A stretch of DNA of 63,992 bases, filler included, from Licmophora abbreviata (Eukaryota), in NCBI GenBank assembly GCA_900291995.1. It is 47 parts of 47 records of this genome, joined end to end, with 100 filler letters (N's around TTAATTAATTAA, not from the genome) between each part and the next. Parts side by side here need not be neighbours in the genome. Positions count along the whole stretch, not along the records: positions 34,753 to 36,007 come from OLMU01006643.1; positions 36,108 to 37,358 come from OLMU01006644.1; positions 37,459 to 38,710 come from OLMU01006645.1; positions 38,811 to 40,058 come from OLMU01006646.1; positions 40,159 to 41,406 come from OLMU01006647.1; positions 41,507 to 42,752 come from OLMU01006648.1; positions 42,853 to 44,095 come from OLMU01006649.1; positions 44,196 to 45,437 come from OLMU01006650.1; 39 more parts are not named here. One strand, given 5' to 3'. A model generated the notes under the pieces. It searched no databases and was not told the DNA's origin. It worked only from the letters and a program-made list of their open reading frames with translations. Of the stretch, positions 34,753-48,218 are shown in pieces. Position 1 is the stretch's first letter; each line of letters starts with the position of its first letter. Position numbers and translations under genes: made by a program.

Positions 34753-36007
34753 GACTGAACTGTTCCGCATCCTCCACTAGTTCGCCATCGTTGTTGCGCT
34801 TTGGATGCTTGGAATACTTTGCATGATTTGCTGGATTGACGAATCCCCTTTCCCAAAGAACCTGTTTCAATCCCTTTGGTTTGTTTGCCCATCCTTCGGT
34901 TACATTGGGGACCGACATTCTCAGTGGAATTTCGTGTTGATTGGCGATAGCGACCAGCTCAGCTTTGCGGTATTTTCGGACAGCAGCAGCATTAATGAAA
35001 CCTCTCTCCTTCAGCTCTAACTCTAGCTCTCGAGATCTCTTATCTCTTTCAATCTCTCCATGGACAATGTCGTGTTTGTTCGCCTCACGCTCTGCCGCTG
35101 TCATCCAGAAGGGCCCAATCTCGTTCTCTCCAAATACGAAATGCTGCGTATCATCGACTTTCAGTTTACCTTCGTGCTCAAAGCTACCCAGGTATCCCTC
35201 CTCGCCCTTTATTACCACTGAGTCCATTTCGGCCTGTGACCCACCGTATGAAACGTTCATCCTCATAATATCCAGACCACCGACTCGTTTTTTTGCATGT
35301 CCTTGACTGTGATCGAAGCAGGCAGCGATGGAAATGTGAGGATACAGAACTCTCAAGCAGTCAATACAGTTCTCGAATTGAACTGCAATATGGTTGTAGG
35401 ACCAGTAGCCTTCTGCGTTTTGCCCCAGTTCGAAGTATTGGACAAATGGCGACTCTTTCAGATCGGCTTTCGCCGCTGTCCCAAGAATGGCCTCTGCAGC
35501 GCTTTCGTCGACATAGCGCTGCCCTCTTCGAAACACATTTATTGTGTCAAGCTGATCATCAGTCAGGACTAAACCGAATCCAAAATCTCTCGACTCAAAA
35601 GCCGAAACCATCCAAGAGCATCCTTCAGTTTTTGGATTGAGTGCACATTCGCCTTTAGGTCCTCCCCACTGTTTCGCGCGCATACAAAATTGCGCAAAAA
35701 CGCACTCGTCCTGCCCGATTATAATGAGTGGCCTCTCGTTCGCCGGCTTACGGATGCTCAGATCACCACCAAATTCTAATCCTCTCTCTTTCACAATATT
35801 AGGAAGGAACCCGAAATCATCGACATGGAATTCCACCATTTGTACTCCATCCACAGTCTCGTAGCGGTATCCTCGATTGTCTGCCCTGTCGATCATTCCT
35901 TCTTCCCTCATCTTTTCCACTTCGTCCATTCTGAATTGCACCCAACGAAAGCACCGCCGCTCAAGTAGAGTCAAATACTCTGTGGTGAACTTCACACGTT
36001 CGGCTAC
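34753..36007 (-). mobile_element. DDE transposase fragment (Tc1/mariner-IS630-related, large-insert type)
   Basis: IIGQDEC, PKTEG..WMVSAF, GYWS, FDHSQGH, KGLKQVLWERG. The first two acidic catalytic motifs are visible. Confidence 0.7.
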
Positions 36008-36107
36008 NNNNNNNNNNNNNNNNNNNNNNNNNNNNNNNNNNNNNNNNNNNNTTAATTAATTAANNNNNNNNNNNNNNNNNNNNNNNNNNNNNNNNNNNNN
36101 NNNNNNN

Positions 36108-37122
36108 ATCGACCCACTTCTCGAAGGCGTCCCCGACAAGATCGTCTTCCTTCAAGTCTACCTCCACCGCTATCGCACCGGCGTCATCGCCCCTCGCGGC
36201 CGTGCCGTCCGTGCACGCACCGCTGAGGATGCCCTACGGTCGGTTGGCCAAACGTTCTCTGCTATGGGGACCCAAGACCCACGTCTCACACTCCAAGGCA
36301 GCCTGGATTTCCGCCTTACCCGGCAAATCCGTTACTACAAGAAACAGGATCCGCCCCCCGATCGCGTAAAACCGGTCCCGATCACTGTCCTCCACTGGAT
36401 ACTGCACGCGGCATCCATCTCGCCACGTCACAGTACCCAAGCTATCGCCGACATGATCGCGCTAGCATTCTTCTTCCTGCTTCGGCCGGGCGAATACACT
36501 GCTACCGCCTCGGATACCACTCCCATTCCGACTGACCGACTTGCGTCTGTCCACTAGCTCCGCTTATTTGGACCCCTTTGTAGCGACCGACGCCCAACTT
36601 GACGCCGCCACCTTCGTTTCTCTGACGTTCACCACTCAGAAAAATGGCGTGCGTGGTGAAGTTATTGGGCTCGGTCGCTCTGGCCACCCACTCCTGTGTC
36701 CGGTCCAAGCCATTGTGTCCCGAGTTAAACACCTCCGTTCCCATGGCGCCCTTCCCGAGACCCCGGTCTCGGTTTATTTTGAAAATGGTCAATGGCGGCG
36801 CGTTTCCCCTGCTGACATCACTCACTTGCTCCGCACCGCCGTCCTGGCCCTTGGCCCTCAAAATTTAGGTTTCAACCCCTCCGACATCACCGCGCGCTGC
36901 CTGCGCGCGGCCGGAGCCATGGCACTGTTATGTGCCAATGTTGACACCGATATTATCCGACTCTTGGGCAGGTGGCGCTCCGACGAAATGCTCCGATACC
37001 TCCACCTTCAAGCGGAGCCTATCATGCGCAGCTTCGCCCGGGACATGCTTCAGGGAGGTAACTTTGTCCTCCACCCCAACGCCGATGTCCCTCAAGACGC
37101 TCCACCCGCCCTCCAGCCGTGA
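36108..37122 (+). mobile_element. Tyrosine recombinase of a DIRS/Ngaro-type retroelement (partial; +1 indel at ~36522)
   Basis: FFFLLRPGEY, TTQKNG, CPV, ARCLRAAGAMAL, LLGRWRSDEMLRYLH. Confidence 0.85.
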
Positions 37123-37458
37123 CCCACCCACCCGCCCAATGCACGCTGGCCTATACACCGCGTGTATGGTGGTGCTGGCGGCTCTGCCGACCAGCTTGGG
37201 TTTTTAGGGAGAGGCATTCACCAGCGCTAGTAAAGCCTAGTTTCCCAACAGCCGAGACTAGATCTGCTAGCCTTTGCGACCCGCGCTTCCTACCAAGCGC
37301 CGTCGCAGTGTCCTTACGCCTGACCGTCGTGACGAACGAGGAAAGCGGTGCCAACCGCNNNNNNNNNNNNNNNNNNNNNNNNNNNNNNNNNNNNNNNNNN
37401 NNTTAATTAATTAANNNNNNNNNNNNNNNNNNNNNNNNNNNNNNNNNNNNNNNNNNNN

Positions 37459-38710
37459 CCTAGCCTTGATCCGAGTCAAAGAAGCACCTCCATCAACGCC
37501 AACCGCCCCAAGTGTTGCGGCTCCAAGTGCACCACCAGTCCCTCCACCGTCAGTTGAAACACCGAAGACTCCTGTTGTGATGGTCAACTTTGGCAGTGAC
37601 ACTCCAGTCAACGGGTACGATATCCCCCCTACGGGTTCCATTGAGGGAGAGTACCAGACCTTTAATGGGGGCGGGGTCACCATCTCTGACACGAATGCGC
37701 CCGATGCCTACGCGTCGCACCTCTGGTTCGTCGGTGAAAATATCACGTATACTCTGCAGCTCGAGCAGGGCAAGATATATGACGTGACGCTTGGCTTTGC
37801 CGAATCATACCGCCCAAACTGTGGGGACTGGAGGCGAGTGTTTTCTGCGTCTGTCGGTGCTCAGATGGTACCTATAGTCGACGTCTTCAAAGCAGTTGGT
37901 TGCGAAAAGCCATACGATCTAGTCTTCAACAACATTCCTGGCGGGGATGTGGAGGTCGTTATAAGTCGTGGCCCCTTGAGAATCCATTCTTGGCATTGAT
38001 TCGCGTCGACGATCTTTCGTCTTCAGAGCCTACCGATAGAGATCCTGCGCTTATGGTCAACTTTGGCACCTTCTTTCAGACGGACGGATATGATGCGGCA
38101 ATAGCGAGCACGATTGAGGGAGACTACGAGATCTTCGATGGGAACGGAGTCGTCATAACAGATACCAATGCGCCCAGTGCATATGCGTCACACGTATGGA
38201 TCCCTGGCGACAACATCACGTACCCACTACAACTCGACCCTCAAAAGACATACGATATCACTCTTGGCTTTGCTGAGTCCTACGGTCCAAACTGCGGAAT
38301 CAACAAGCGTGTCTTCTCTGCGTCTGTTGGGGCCCAGATAGAGGATGGAATCGATGTGTTCGCGAGCGTGGGATGCGAAAGGCCGTACGACCTGACTTTC
38401 GAGAATGTGCCCGGAGGCAATTCTGAAATCGTCATACGTCGTGGTCCATTCGAGAATCCTTTCCTGGCGTTGATTCGCGTGTACGACCTTACGCCGCCCT
38501 CTCCGACGGCTCCAAGTCCGAACCCTTCAAGTCCACCCTCCAGCCAGCAAGCTGAGCCTTTGGTCCAGTTCAATTTCGGCACTTTCCTCCCGACGAATGG
38601 CTACGACGTTGCCCCACCAGGGGCAGTTGGAGGGGACTACGAGACCTTCGATGGACAAGGAGTCTTCATACCCAACACAAACGCGCCCAATGCGTATGCT
38701 TCACATATCT
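37459..38710 (+). CDS. Extracellular protein with tandem malectin-like domains and Pro-rich linkers (partial; 1-nt indel at ~37977)
   Basis: Three copies of VNFG...I.DTNAP.AYASH; the first two continue as YD.TLGFAESY...RVFSA.V...DVF..VG...ENP. Confidence 0.7.
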
Positions 38711-38810
38711 NNNNNNNNNNNNNNNNNNNNNNNNNNNNNNNNNNNNNNNNNNNNTTAATTAATTAANNNNNNNNNNNNNNNNNNNNNNNNNNNNNNNNNN
38801 NNNNNNNNNN

Positions 38811-39834
38811 CGCCGCTACGATCAGATTGGCAGCAGCTCTCTGGGTCGTCGAATGGCGGCGTTGTCGTGGGATGCGTGTAGCCAGCATTGTGGCTCAGCT
38901 CGTGCAGGAATACTTGGGCAACTCTAGTATCACTTTGACTGAGAAGAGTGTTGCGGCAGAGACCAAGGCAGGAGCCTCCTATTGAGGCTCTGGCGTTCAG
39001 CCATCTTATTTCATCATTCTGGCAGCAGACGACTTGAATGTCGGTTCCGCTCTCAAACATTCTCAACATCGTCTCCCTGACGGATGTATCAACTGGAGGA
39101 CTGGTGTTACAGTTCCAGAGTGCTTTGATGGCAATCCGCGATGCTCGGTAAATTTGTAACTCCTCATTATGAGTGGCCGAGGATATAGGCGAATTGATGA
39201 TCAAGTCGAAATATGCCAAAGGCAATTCTTCATATTCAAAGCACTGTGCTGGGACTACCAGCGTGTCGTAGTATGGGCCTGGAAAATCACTGGCAATTGT
39301 TGCAGACCCGAAACTTGGATGATATCCGAATGCAGTCCTGTCGACATTGTTTTGGATGTACCTATTGATAGCTCGGAAAGTGTGCGGGACATCGTTCGTT
39401 CTGTAGTCGACCAGAGAAGTGCTGATTTTGTACATATAGGAACCTGCTCCTCTGAAGAATACAATCGCACCTCGGACTCCTGGGCTATTCCCGTAAGTAG
39501 GATAGCCAGCGAGAAACCCCTTCCGTACAGCCCAGGAGTGCACTTCTCTTAGCGTTGACGCAAAGTCAGGGAGTGGACCCAACTCACTTTCCGGAATGGT
39601 GGTCAGGGCAGCGCATTGAGTACGAAATCGAACGTTGCCGCCAACCTCTGCAGATGGGTTTTGCCAGCGGCCCCTCTCAAAATTGTCCATTCCACCGCTG
39701 AAGCCTAGCTGCGAAATGGCATAGCGAAATCGGGCAAGGAAGTTATTCTCCAACGAGAGCGACAAGGCTCTTTTTAGGATCAAGAGAGCCAACGCAACCA
39801 GAAGAACTTTTTTTGGCCGAATAGTGTGGTTCAT
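38811..39834 (-). CDS. Putative secreted HExxH zinc metallopeptidase with N-terminal degenerate repeats (partial)
   Basis: Signal-like leader, three ~55-aa degenerate repeats, NARAS, AQVFLHELSHNAGYTHP. Confidence 0.6.
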
Positions 39835-39977
39835 AGTCTTGGCAATCTTCTCTCTTGAAAAGTATCGAATGTGCTTGCAGTGTACTATCGGGCTCGATAA
39901 TACCTTTTGCACTCGGTGTTACGACAAGATATGAACTGCTCAGTAAAACGACGCGGATAGCGACGATGGTTATCATA

Positions 39978-40058
39978 CAAGAAAAAAATAAAAAAATAAA
40001 AAAATAAAAAAATAAAAAAATAAAAAATAAAAAAAATTAAAAAAAAATTAAAAAAAAA
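39978..40058. repeat. A-rich microsatellite (A6-8T)n
   Basis: Directly visible at the contig end. Confidence 0.9.
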
Positions 40059-40158
40059 NNNNNNNNNNNNNNNNNNNNNNNNNNNNNNNNNNNNNNNNNN
40101 NNTTAATTAATTAANNNNNNNNNNNNNNNNNNNNNNNNNNNNNNNNNNNNNNNNNNNN

Positions 40159-41406
40159 GCTGCAGGCCGGCGGTGGTTACAGGATGCTAGCTGTGCTGCT
40201 TCAGCAAAGCAAGAAAATGCATGCCACTGTTCTGGATCAGTGCTTCGCTTTTGCAGTGCATGGCTTTGTCCCGTTGGTAATTGAAGAGCACCACGAAGCA
40301 TATATACGAAGTGGTGAACGCGGGATGCCGGCATCTTGGCCTGACTCCGATTCGTGGGTTTTCTCCGATCTCGACGCTATGAAATACCTCTTGCTGAATC
40401 ACCAGGTATGGGACATGCGCAAATCTGGTCCCGAGCTTCCGCTTCGACTGCTCTCCTTTTTGAATGGTCTGGTTTCGCAGCACTCATCTCACAAGGCCTT
40501 CAACTCGAGGCGCCTTCATTTGCTCGGAATCGTTCGCTGGACGATACATCTCATGCTCGAAGCGGCTGAACTTTACACTCTCGGAGAGATCGGAGCATCG
40601 CAGGCGAAAACTGATGCAGAAAATAATATCTCATCAAGAAGTCCCATGCGACCGCCAAATTCCGCAGATTCATTTAGAAGTCCTCGTCGACAAGAAGCAG
40701 CAGTGAGTCAAGCGGCAGCTTCGGCTTACAACAGTGGTTGGTACAGTCCAGCACCATCAATTCTATCGACGTCTGTAGGCGGCGATCCAGACAATGCGGT
40801 GTTGCAGGGGTGCAAGGCATTGCTCAGGCGCGTCCTTACATTCATGCTAACTCCCAGTGATCTCGCTGCCATCGCAGAGGCTGCTGTGTACACCGTTTCA
40901 ATCGCCAATACCGGAAAGAGCGGCGCCACTGGTACTCATCAGCACGTCATGGCTGACGGTGAGGACGGATGTCTCGATGACGACAAGTTGTTGCCTGGCC
41001 CAGTCGCCAGAGTGTACCTTTTGAGGTTAATTGAAGAGCTCGTCGTTGATGGTGTCAATGAAATCGTCGCGTCGGGGATGGAATCGAAAGGGAGTAAAGG
41101 GGACGGAGCTGAGCATGCGATCCAACCTCACGCCGGGGGAGGAGCAAGCACAAACCAGTCATACTTGACGATGGTGACAGGCAAATTAAAGCCTGGCGCT
41201 GACGGCACAAGCGTGGACGATTATGTGCTTCACCCAAAGCGTCATCAGGCTCAGGCTTTTCTTTCTGCTTTTGCTGGGGTACTTACACCAGTCTGGTTTG
41301 CTTGCTTGCTAGAGGGCTGTCACGAGGAAGCTTCGGCATCAGCAGTGCTCCGCCTGATGATTCTCATGTTGCAGAGCTCGCCCATGTTCGCTGAAGCGTT
41401 CGAAGA
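40159..41406 (+). CDS. Internal fragment of a large eukaryotic protein (possibly BEACH/WDFY-type)
   Basis: Open across the contig with a helical composition. The family guess is weak. Confidence 0.45.
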
Positions 41407-41506
41407 NNNNNNNNNNNNNNNNNNNNNNNNNNNNNNNNNNNNNNNNNNNNTTAATTAATTAANNNNNNNNNNNNNNNNNNNNNNNNNNNNNNNNNNNNNN
41501 NNNNNN

Positions 41507-42752
41507 ATCGGTGATCGTAGGGTAGGTGGGGAAGACGTCGGTGACGGTGACACGGGATGTGAGTCCAGTAGCGGGGACACTATCGTATCAGGATCAGGCG
41601 GCGGTGACGGCTCAACTGCATCTGGGGGAGATGTCGTAGTAGTTAGACGACGACGACGAGCAGCTCGTGTCTCCATCTGTGGACCAGAGGACGACTCGGT
41701 TACCATATTGGAAGAAATCGGTAAAATGGATGAATCAAATTTCGCGTTGGAATCCCGATGGCCAATCGATGATGACGGCAACGTGTTATCGGATGGAATC
41801 TGGGACTGAATGTCATGATAGTCAAAACTATCCGATGAGATATTAGTCACAGACGTCACACATTCCGATGGAAGTAAACAATCAGTGGTGTCATCAACAT
41901 CCAGAATGAATGTAGGAAATGTCAAGACACACTGTAGATTGTCTGCGATGAAAGAACAGCCAGATTGTCGACGGTGTTTGCGGACCGAAAACAAAGGCGA
42001 TCGTAACCCCGGGACATGCAATGCATTACTCACTTGAATCAATTTAGAACTGGATTGGAAAACCCAACTCCCGATACCACACACTGGTAGCATACCCTTT
42101 TCGTCCGCCAATTGCACATGGTGGGAACCCTCCGGAAATGGAGTATACTGACTGAATGCCTGACGGTGGGGGACCATGTGGTGAGTGGATCCACTATCCA
42201 CAACAATCGATGACGATCCCGATTGAGATCTTGACTGCGTAGTCGAAGCCGCATCAACACAACCCAAACAAATACTGGTGTCCAACGGAGTCCACTGTTC
42301 GAAAGAGTCCGATACCTCGGAAGACCCGACATATTCAGCTGAGCAAGGAACTACTAAGTGGTTATCGTCTGTATTATCTGAGTCCGCAGCAGATATCACA
42401 GGATGCACCTTTAGAGACCGAACGTCACTATCCAACTCATCTGTCTCAAACATCGATTCATCATCCTGAAGAGGAGAGAATCGATTAGACGATCGAGAGG
42501 ATGTGAAGGACGGCATTAGTAAAGGTGAATCACTGGGAGGCTGAGGCACAGATTTTACAGGCGATAACCACTTGCCTTGGTGTTCCGTAGAGGCAGACGA
42601 GGACTCCATAGTCGGTGGTGGAGGAGGAGAGCTAGAGGAAGCCACACGGGCAGCCCAGGTTAGCTTCTTATTATCCTTCTTGGTCGACGAAGCTGCATTC
42701 GATGACGTCGCAGCGCGGGGAGACTCCTTGATACCTTCTTTGGGAGAGGTCG
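41507..42752 (-). mobile_element. Ty1/copia pol fragment (aspartic protease region)
   Basis: IVVDSGSTHHMVP..AF..Y..VQLAD..V.GIG..LHVPGLRSPLFSV. Confidence 0.85.
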
Positions 42753-43324
42753 NNNNNNNNNNNNNNNNNNNNNNNNNNNNNNNNNNNNNNNNNNNNTTAA
42801 TTAATTAANNNNNNNNNNNNNNNNNNNNNNNNNNNNNNNNNNNNNNNNNNNNCGTGCTACACTCCATTATTTTCATGTGCTCCTGCGTAGGGCGGTCAAT
42901 TAAGACGAAGGGAAGTTTAGAGTTAGTGCCGGTAACCTTTTTCCATCAGCTGACACCGGTACTGGCAGGGGTCTTTATAAGTCTACCAGGTAGAGACTCC
43001 TGGGTACCGGTACCGCGTCACCGGTATCGTAGGTAAAGACTGGACAGAAAGTTCGAAAGCTAACCGGTATCGGTCAAAAATAAAACAAGAATGAAAGTTG
43101 GGGCCTTTGTACTGAGATGCCGTAGAAGTCAACGGTGCCTTTTTCACTCTCAAATTGAATGTGTGACGTGTGAGACGCGCTCGCCACGTCGTCTGTTGTG
43201 TCTTGCGTCCTTGCTTCTTTCCGCCAAATCTAGAAAAAAACCATTCTCTTTTCGCGCCGACATCGCGTTGTTACAACTCTCAGAAGAACATCGTGAGGAG
43301 AGCCGTCATCGAACAAGAAACACA

Positions 43325-44095
43325 ATGTCCTCCTACCCGTCCGGTAGTCCCTCTCAAGCAGAGGGGCTTAAAACCTCACCTTCGGCTCAATCCTTTCCGT
43401 CTACTACATCTTCAGAGGATAATATTGATTTATCCGATCTTTCAATTTCTCCAAACAGTATCTTTCCTGACGATGTCCAATGTGAAGAGTCGACTGATCC
43501 GCTCGTTCTCTTCCCCATGCAGGATGTATCTGCCACCGGAAAAAACAAGACTGATGGGGACCCACTACCGCCCTGCAACAATCCCAGGGCTTCTCATGCA
43601 GCCCCTTCCTTGGAACGAAAATCCGATCTTTCAGATCCTCCAAATGAGAGTTCTGATTTGTGTCATCAGGTCAAAGCGAAGATCTCGCGTGGTTGCTACG
43701 CCCCAATTGTAGAGTTGCCGGAGGAGGCCATCTACAATGAGCAGGATGTTTCTGCCCCGGCGAAGGACGAGACTGTGCTCCAATTTGATACCAAAGACGA
43801 TGCCTCGCACCAGTACATTCCTCAAGTCAACGATGGCATCTCCAATAGGTCATCGCACATGTTCGACTTCACGCTGGAGACGTCGCTCGAGCATTTATTT
43901 TCTCATGACATCTTTAAATCGCAAGACGACATCTCAAACGAGGATTTCGATAATACAACACAACTTTCTCTACCAGAAAATCACGAGAATCAGCAGAACG
44001 CCAAAACTGCAGATCGGTCACCCTCACCGTCCAGTCAGACTTTTAATGCCAAAGAGAGTACGGCACCGAATACCGCGACACCTGGTCGCCGTACC
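43325..44095 (+). CDS. Hypothetical low-complexity protein, 5' part
   Basis: ATG in good context (cacaATGt), Ser/Asp/Pro-rich, open to the contig edge. Confidence 0.5.
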
Positions 44096-44195
44096 NNNNN
44101 NNNNNNNNNNNNNNNNNNNNNNNNNNNNNNNNNNNNNNNTTAATTAATTAANNNNNNNNNNNNNNNNNNNNNNNNNNNNNNNNNNNNNNNNNNNN

Positions 44196-45437
44196 GTGGC
44201 GCTCGTCAAGGACGCAGGGATGCCGATCTCGCGTATAGGGCGAGCGTTCCCGGATGTACCTCTGGCGTTACCCACGCTCATCGAACGGCGATGGGACCTG
44301 GTAGTGCGAGACTTACCGGCGCTTGGCTCAGGCGCAACTCTCGCCGCGGGCAATGCCATCGCGGCAGGGCTGAATGACTTGGTAGCGGACAACCGCGCAA
44401 GCAGGCTAGCGGAGGTGGAGCGTCGTGTGGCGGACAGTACCAAAACCCCCACCAAATACTTTGGAGTAGTGGGAGTGGCCAAACTGCTGCGCATCTGTCA
44501 GGTGGCTGAGGAGGCCGCCCTGCCGCAGCTTTGGAAAGACCTGGCGAGTTCCCCCAAGAAGCAGGACGCTCTTGTCATTCAACAGGCTTTCAACTCCAAG
44601 GCCCACCACGAACTGAACTTGCCCGGTAGCGACATCCCGATCACGCCGGACATCGTAACGAAGATCCGAAACCTGTCGTTCGAGATGACGAACAACGACG
44701 ACCTTAGTACGGGCCTTCACTGCTTCACGTTTGGAGCGCAGACCTCGGTGGAGCGGGCTGCCGCCTACGAAATCATCGAGCGATACCAGTTGATGCAACA
44801 AGGCGTCGGAGCGCCCAGCCTGGCGGAGGCGGCCACCTTCAACCGTTCGGAAGTGAGCGGCAAGTTGCCGCAGACGTTGACTCAGGCCACCATCTGTTTC
44901 ACCAACACGAGGATTGCCTTGCATGTCTTGCTCTCCCCAACTCACCCAGTTGTGTTGGCGTTCGACCAGTTCTGGCAAGCCTGGGGCTCCAGTCAGAATC
45001 AATTGCTGAATGTCCATACACGGCAGACGGGTGGTCTACCTGCTTTAGCTGTGCGTTGGATCCAGCTTCGCTTATCCTTGTGGTTCGCGCAGCAGGCAGC
45101 GACCAACACCAATGTGAGCTCCCCGGAGTTTGTGCGGTTGTTGCACGAGATCCAGTTGCAGACTCCGTGGGAACCAACCCTACCAGGTCAGTACTATGAG
45201 GTGCCGAGGCCGCCGTTGAACTTCCTCTCCCAGCGCCACCGGTCGCGCCACCCCCTGCTGCTGATACGCCAAGCGGGGGCGGGCAACGCCAGACGCCGGA
45301 GAGGAACCCTTCGATGAACCCGGCTTTTGCGCCTTTCAACAGTCTGAACCTTCGGATCGTGGATGTGTTGAGCAGGGCAGGGTCCGGTAATCGTCCACCA
45401 CGTTTTGCAGGCGGTTCGGAAGTGTGCCTCTCCTACC
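44196..45437 (+). mobile_element. ORF1 (gag-like) of a putative YR retrotransposon, 3' part (indel at ~45230)
   Basis: Close paralog of 14094-15350. After the frameshift it ends RPPRFAGGSEVCLSYH, the start of a Cys/His knuckle. Confidence 0.55.
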
Positions 45438-45537
45438 NNNNNNNNNNNNNNNNNNNNNNNNNNNNNNNNNNNNNNNNNNNNTTAATTAATTAANNNNNNN
45501 NNNNNNNNNNNNNNNNNNNNNNNNNNNNNNNNNNNNN

Positions 45538-46778
<1,241 letters not shown>

Positions 46779-46890
46779 NNNNNNNNNNNNNNNNNNNNNN
46801 NNNNNNNNNNNNNNNNNNNNNNTTAATTAATTAANNNNNNNNNNNNNNNNNNNNNNNNNNNNNNNNNNNNNNNNNNNNTAAATTGAAGAT

Positions 46891-46925
46891 ATATTAAATC
46901 AGTTAAAAAGTAACCGATTTAATAT
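46891..46925. terminator. Plastid 3' stem-loop downstream of psaL
   Basis: ATATTAAATCAGTTA-aaaag-TAACCGATTTAATAT inverted repeat. Confidence 0.7.
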
Positions 46926-46937
46926 GACGACTGATAC

Positions 46938-47393
46938 TTAGAATATAAGGGCAGGGATACTCGAAAGACAAATAAATGCAAATCCTGCACTACCACAAGC
47001 ACCTACAAAGAATCCTCCCTTAAACTGATCCCATGCTTTTTTAGTTTGTAAATCAGTATCAGTGGTTGAACTTTCACTACTATCTTGGCCAAAAGTTGCT
47101 ACGCCATAAATAGTTAAACCTAATGTTAGAATTAAAATTAAACCAATTGTCGAAAGAAAACCTGCAAGTAAACCAATATCTGAATCACGTAACGGTCCTA
47201 ATTTTACAAAAGGGCCCATTAAAAAATAACCATGTGCTAAACCGATTTCTAAACCACGTAATAACGGAGTTAATCCAAATCGATATGCTGGTAAATTTTT
47301 TAAAATTGCTCTTGTTACTGCGGATGATGTAATTGGCGTTGCTAAATGACCTACAAATGGGTCATCATTATACGGTTTAATAAAATTAGCCAT
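46938..47393 (-). CDS. psaL: Photosystem I subunit XI (plastid)
   Basis: [40 protein letters not shown]-rich context. Confidence 0.97.
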   Translation of the reverse strand: MANFIKPYNDDPFVGHLATPITSSAVTRAILKNLPAYRFGLTPLLRGLEIGLAHGYFLMGPFVKLGPLRDSDIGLLAGFLSTIGLILILTLGLTIYGVATFGQDSSESSTTDTDLQTKKAWDQFKGGFFVGACGSAGFAFICLSSIPALIF

Positions 47394-47574
47394 AAATTTA
47401 TTTTAAAATTTAATGAAATTAATAATAAAATTTTTTGATTAAATTAATATACGGTCGACAAAATTTAATGAAAATTTTTACTAACCAAAAATTTTATATA
47501 GATTACTATATAATATATACTAATATATAGAAAAATTTTTATAAACTTCATTTTAATAAAATAACAAAAATTTT

Positions 47575-47670
47575 ATGACACTTGCTATTGACTATTTTTT
47601 ATTAGTAGGATTTTGCTTTGCAATCACTTCTGGTTTATATTTAGGGTTAAAATCTATTAAATTAATTTAA
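47575..47670 (+). CDS. petL: Cytochrome b6f subunit VI (plastid)
   Basis: 31 aa MTLAIDYFLLVGFCFAITSGLYLGLKSIKLI, in the psaL-petL-ycf4 order of red-lineage plastids. Confidence 0.9.
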   Translation: MTLAIDYFLLVGFCFAITSGLYLGLKSIKLI

Positions 47671-47691
47671 TTATTATTAAGTTACGATAAA

Positions 47692-48118
47692 ATGCAAAAC
47701 GAAATTCGTCAAGATAATATTATTGGATCAAGACGTTTTAGTAACTATTTTTGGGCTTTTTTTCTATCTATTGGAGGATTAGGATTTTTGTTAGCTGGAA
47801 TGTCAAGTTATTTTAAAGTTAATTTACTTCCATTTACAAATACAACAGAATTAGCTTTTATTCCACAAGGTTTAGTAATGATGTTTTATGGTACATTAAG
47901 TTTAATCATTAGTATCTATATTATAATTACTATTATTTTAGATATTGGGAGTGGTTATAATGAATATAATAAAATAGAAAATCTTGTTAAAATAGTTAGA
48001 AAAGGATTTCCTGGGAATAATCGTCAAATACTTTTAACATATCCATTAGTAAATATTAGAGCAATCGGTATAAAAATTACCGAAGGATTAAATCTGACAA
48101 GAAGTATTTACTTATGTC
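47692..48118 (+). CDS. ycf4: PSI assembly protein Ycf4 (5' part)
   Basis: GSRRFSNYFWA, FIPQGLVMMFYG, GSGYNEYNK, GFPG.NR. Confidence 0.96.
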
Positions 48119-48218
48119 NNNNNNNNNNNNNNNNNNNNNNNNNNNNNNNNNNNNNNNNNNNNTTAATTAATTAANNNNNNNNNNNNNNNNNNNNNNNNNN
48201 NNNNNNNNNNNNNNNNNN

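Noticed and set aside
39978..40058. Poly(A) tail of a retroposon
   Set aside because: The preceding plus-strand sequence is the upstream region of a minus-strand gene, not a recognisable element. Treated as a microsatellite.
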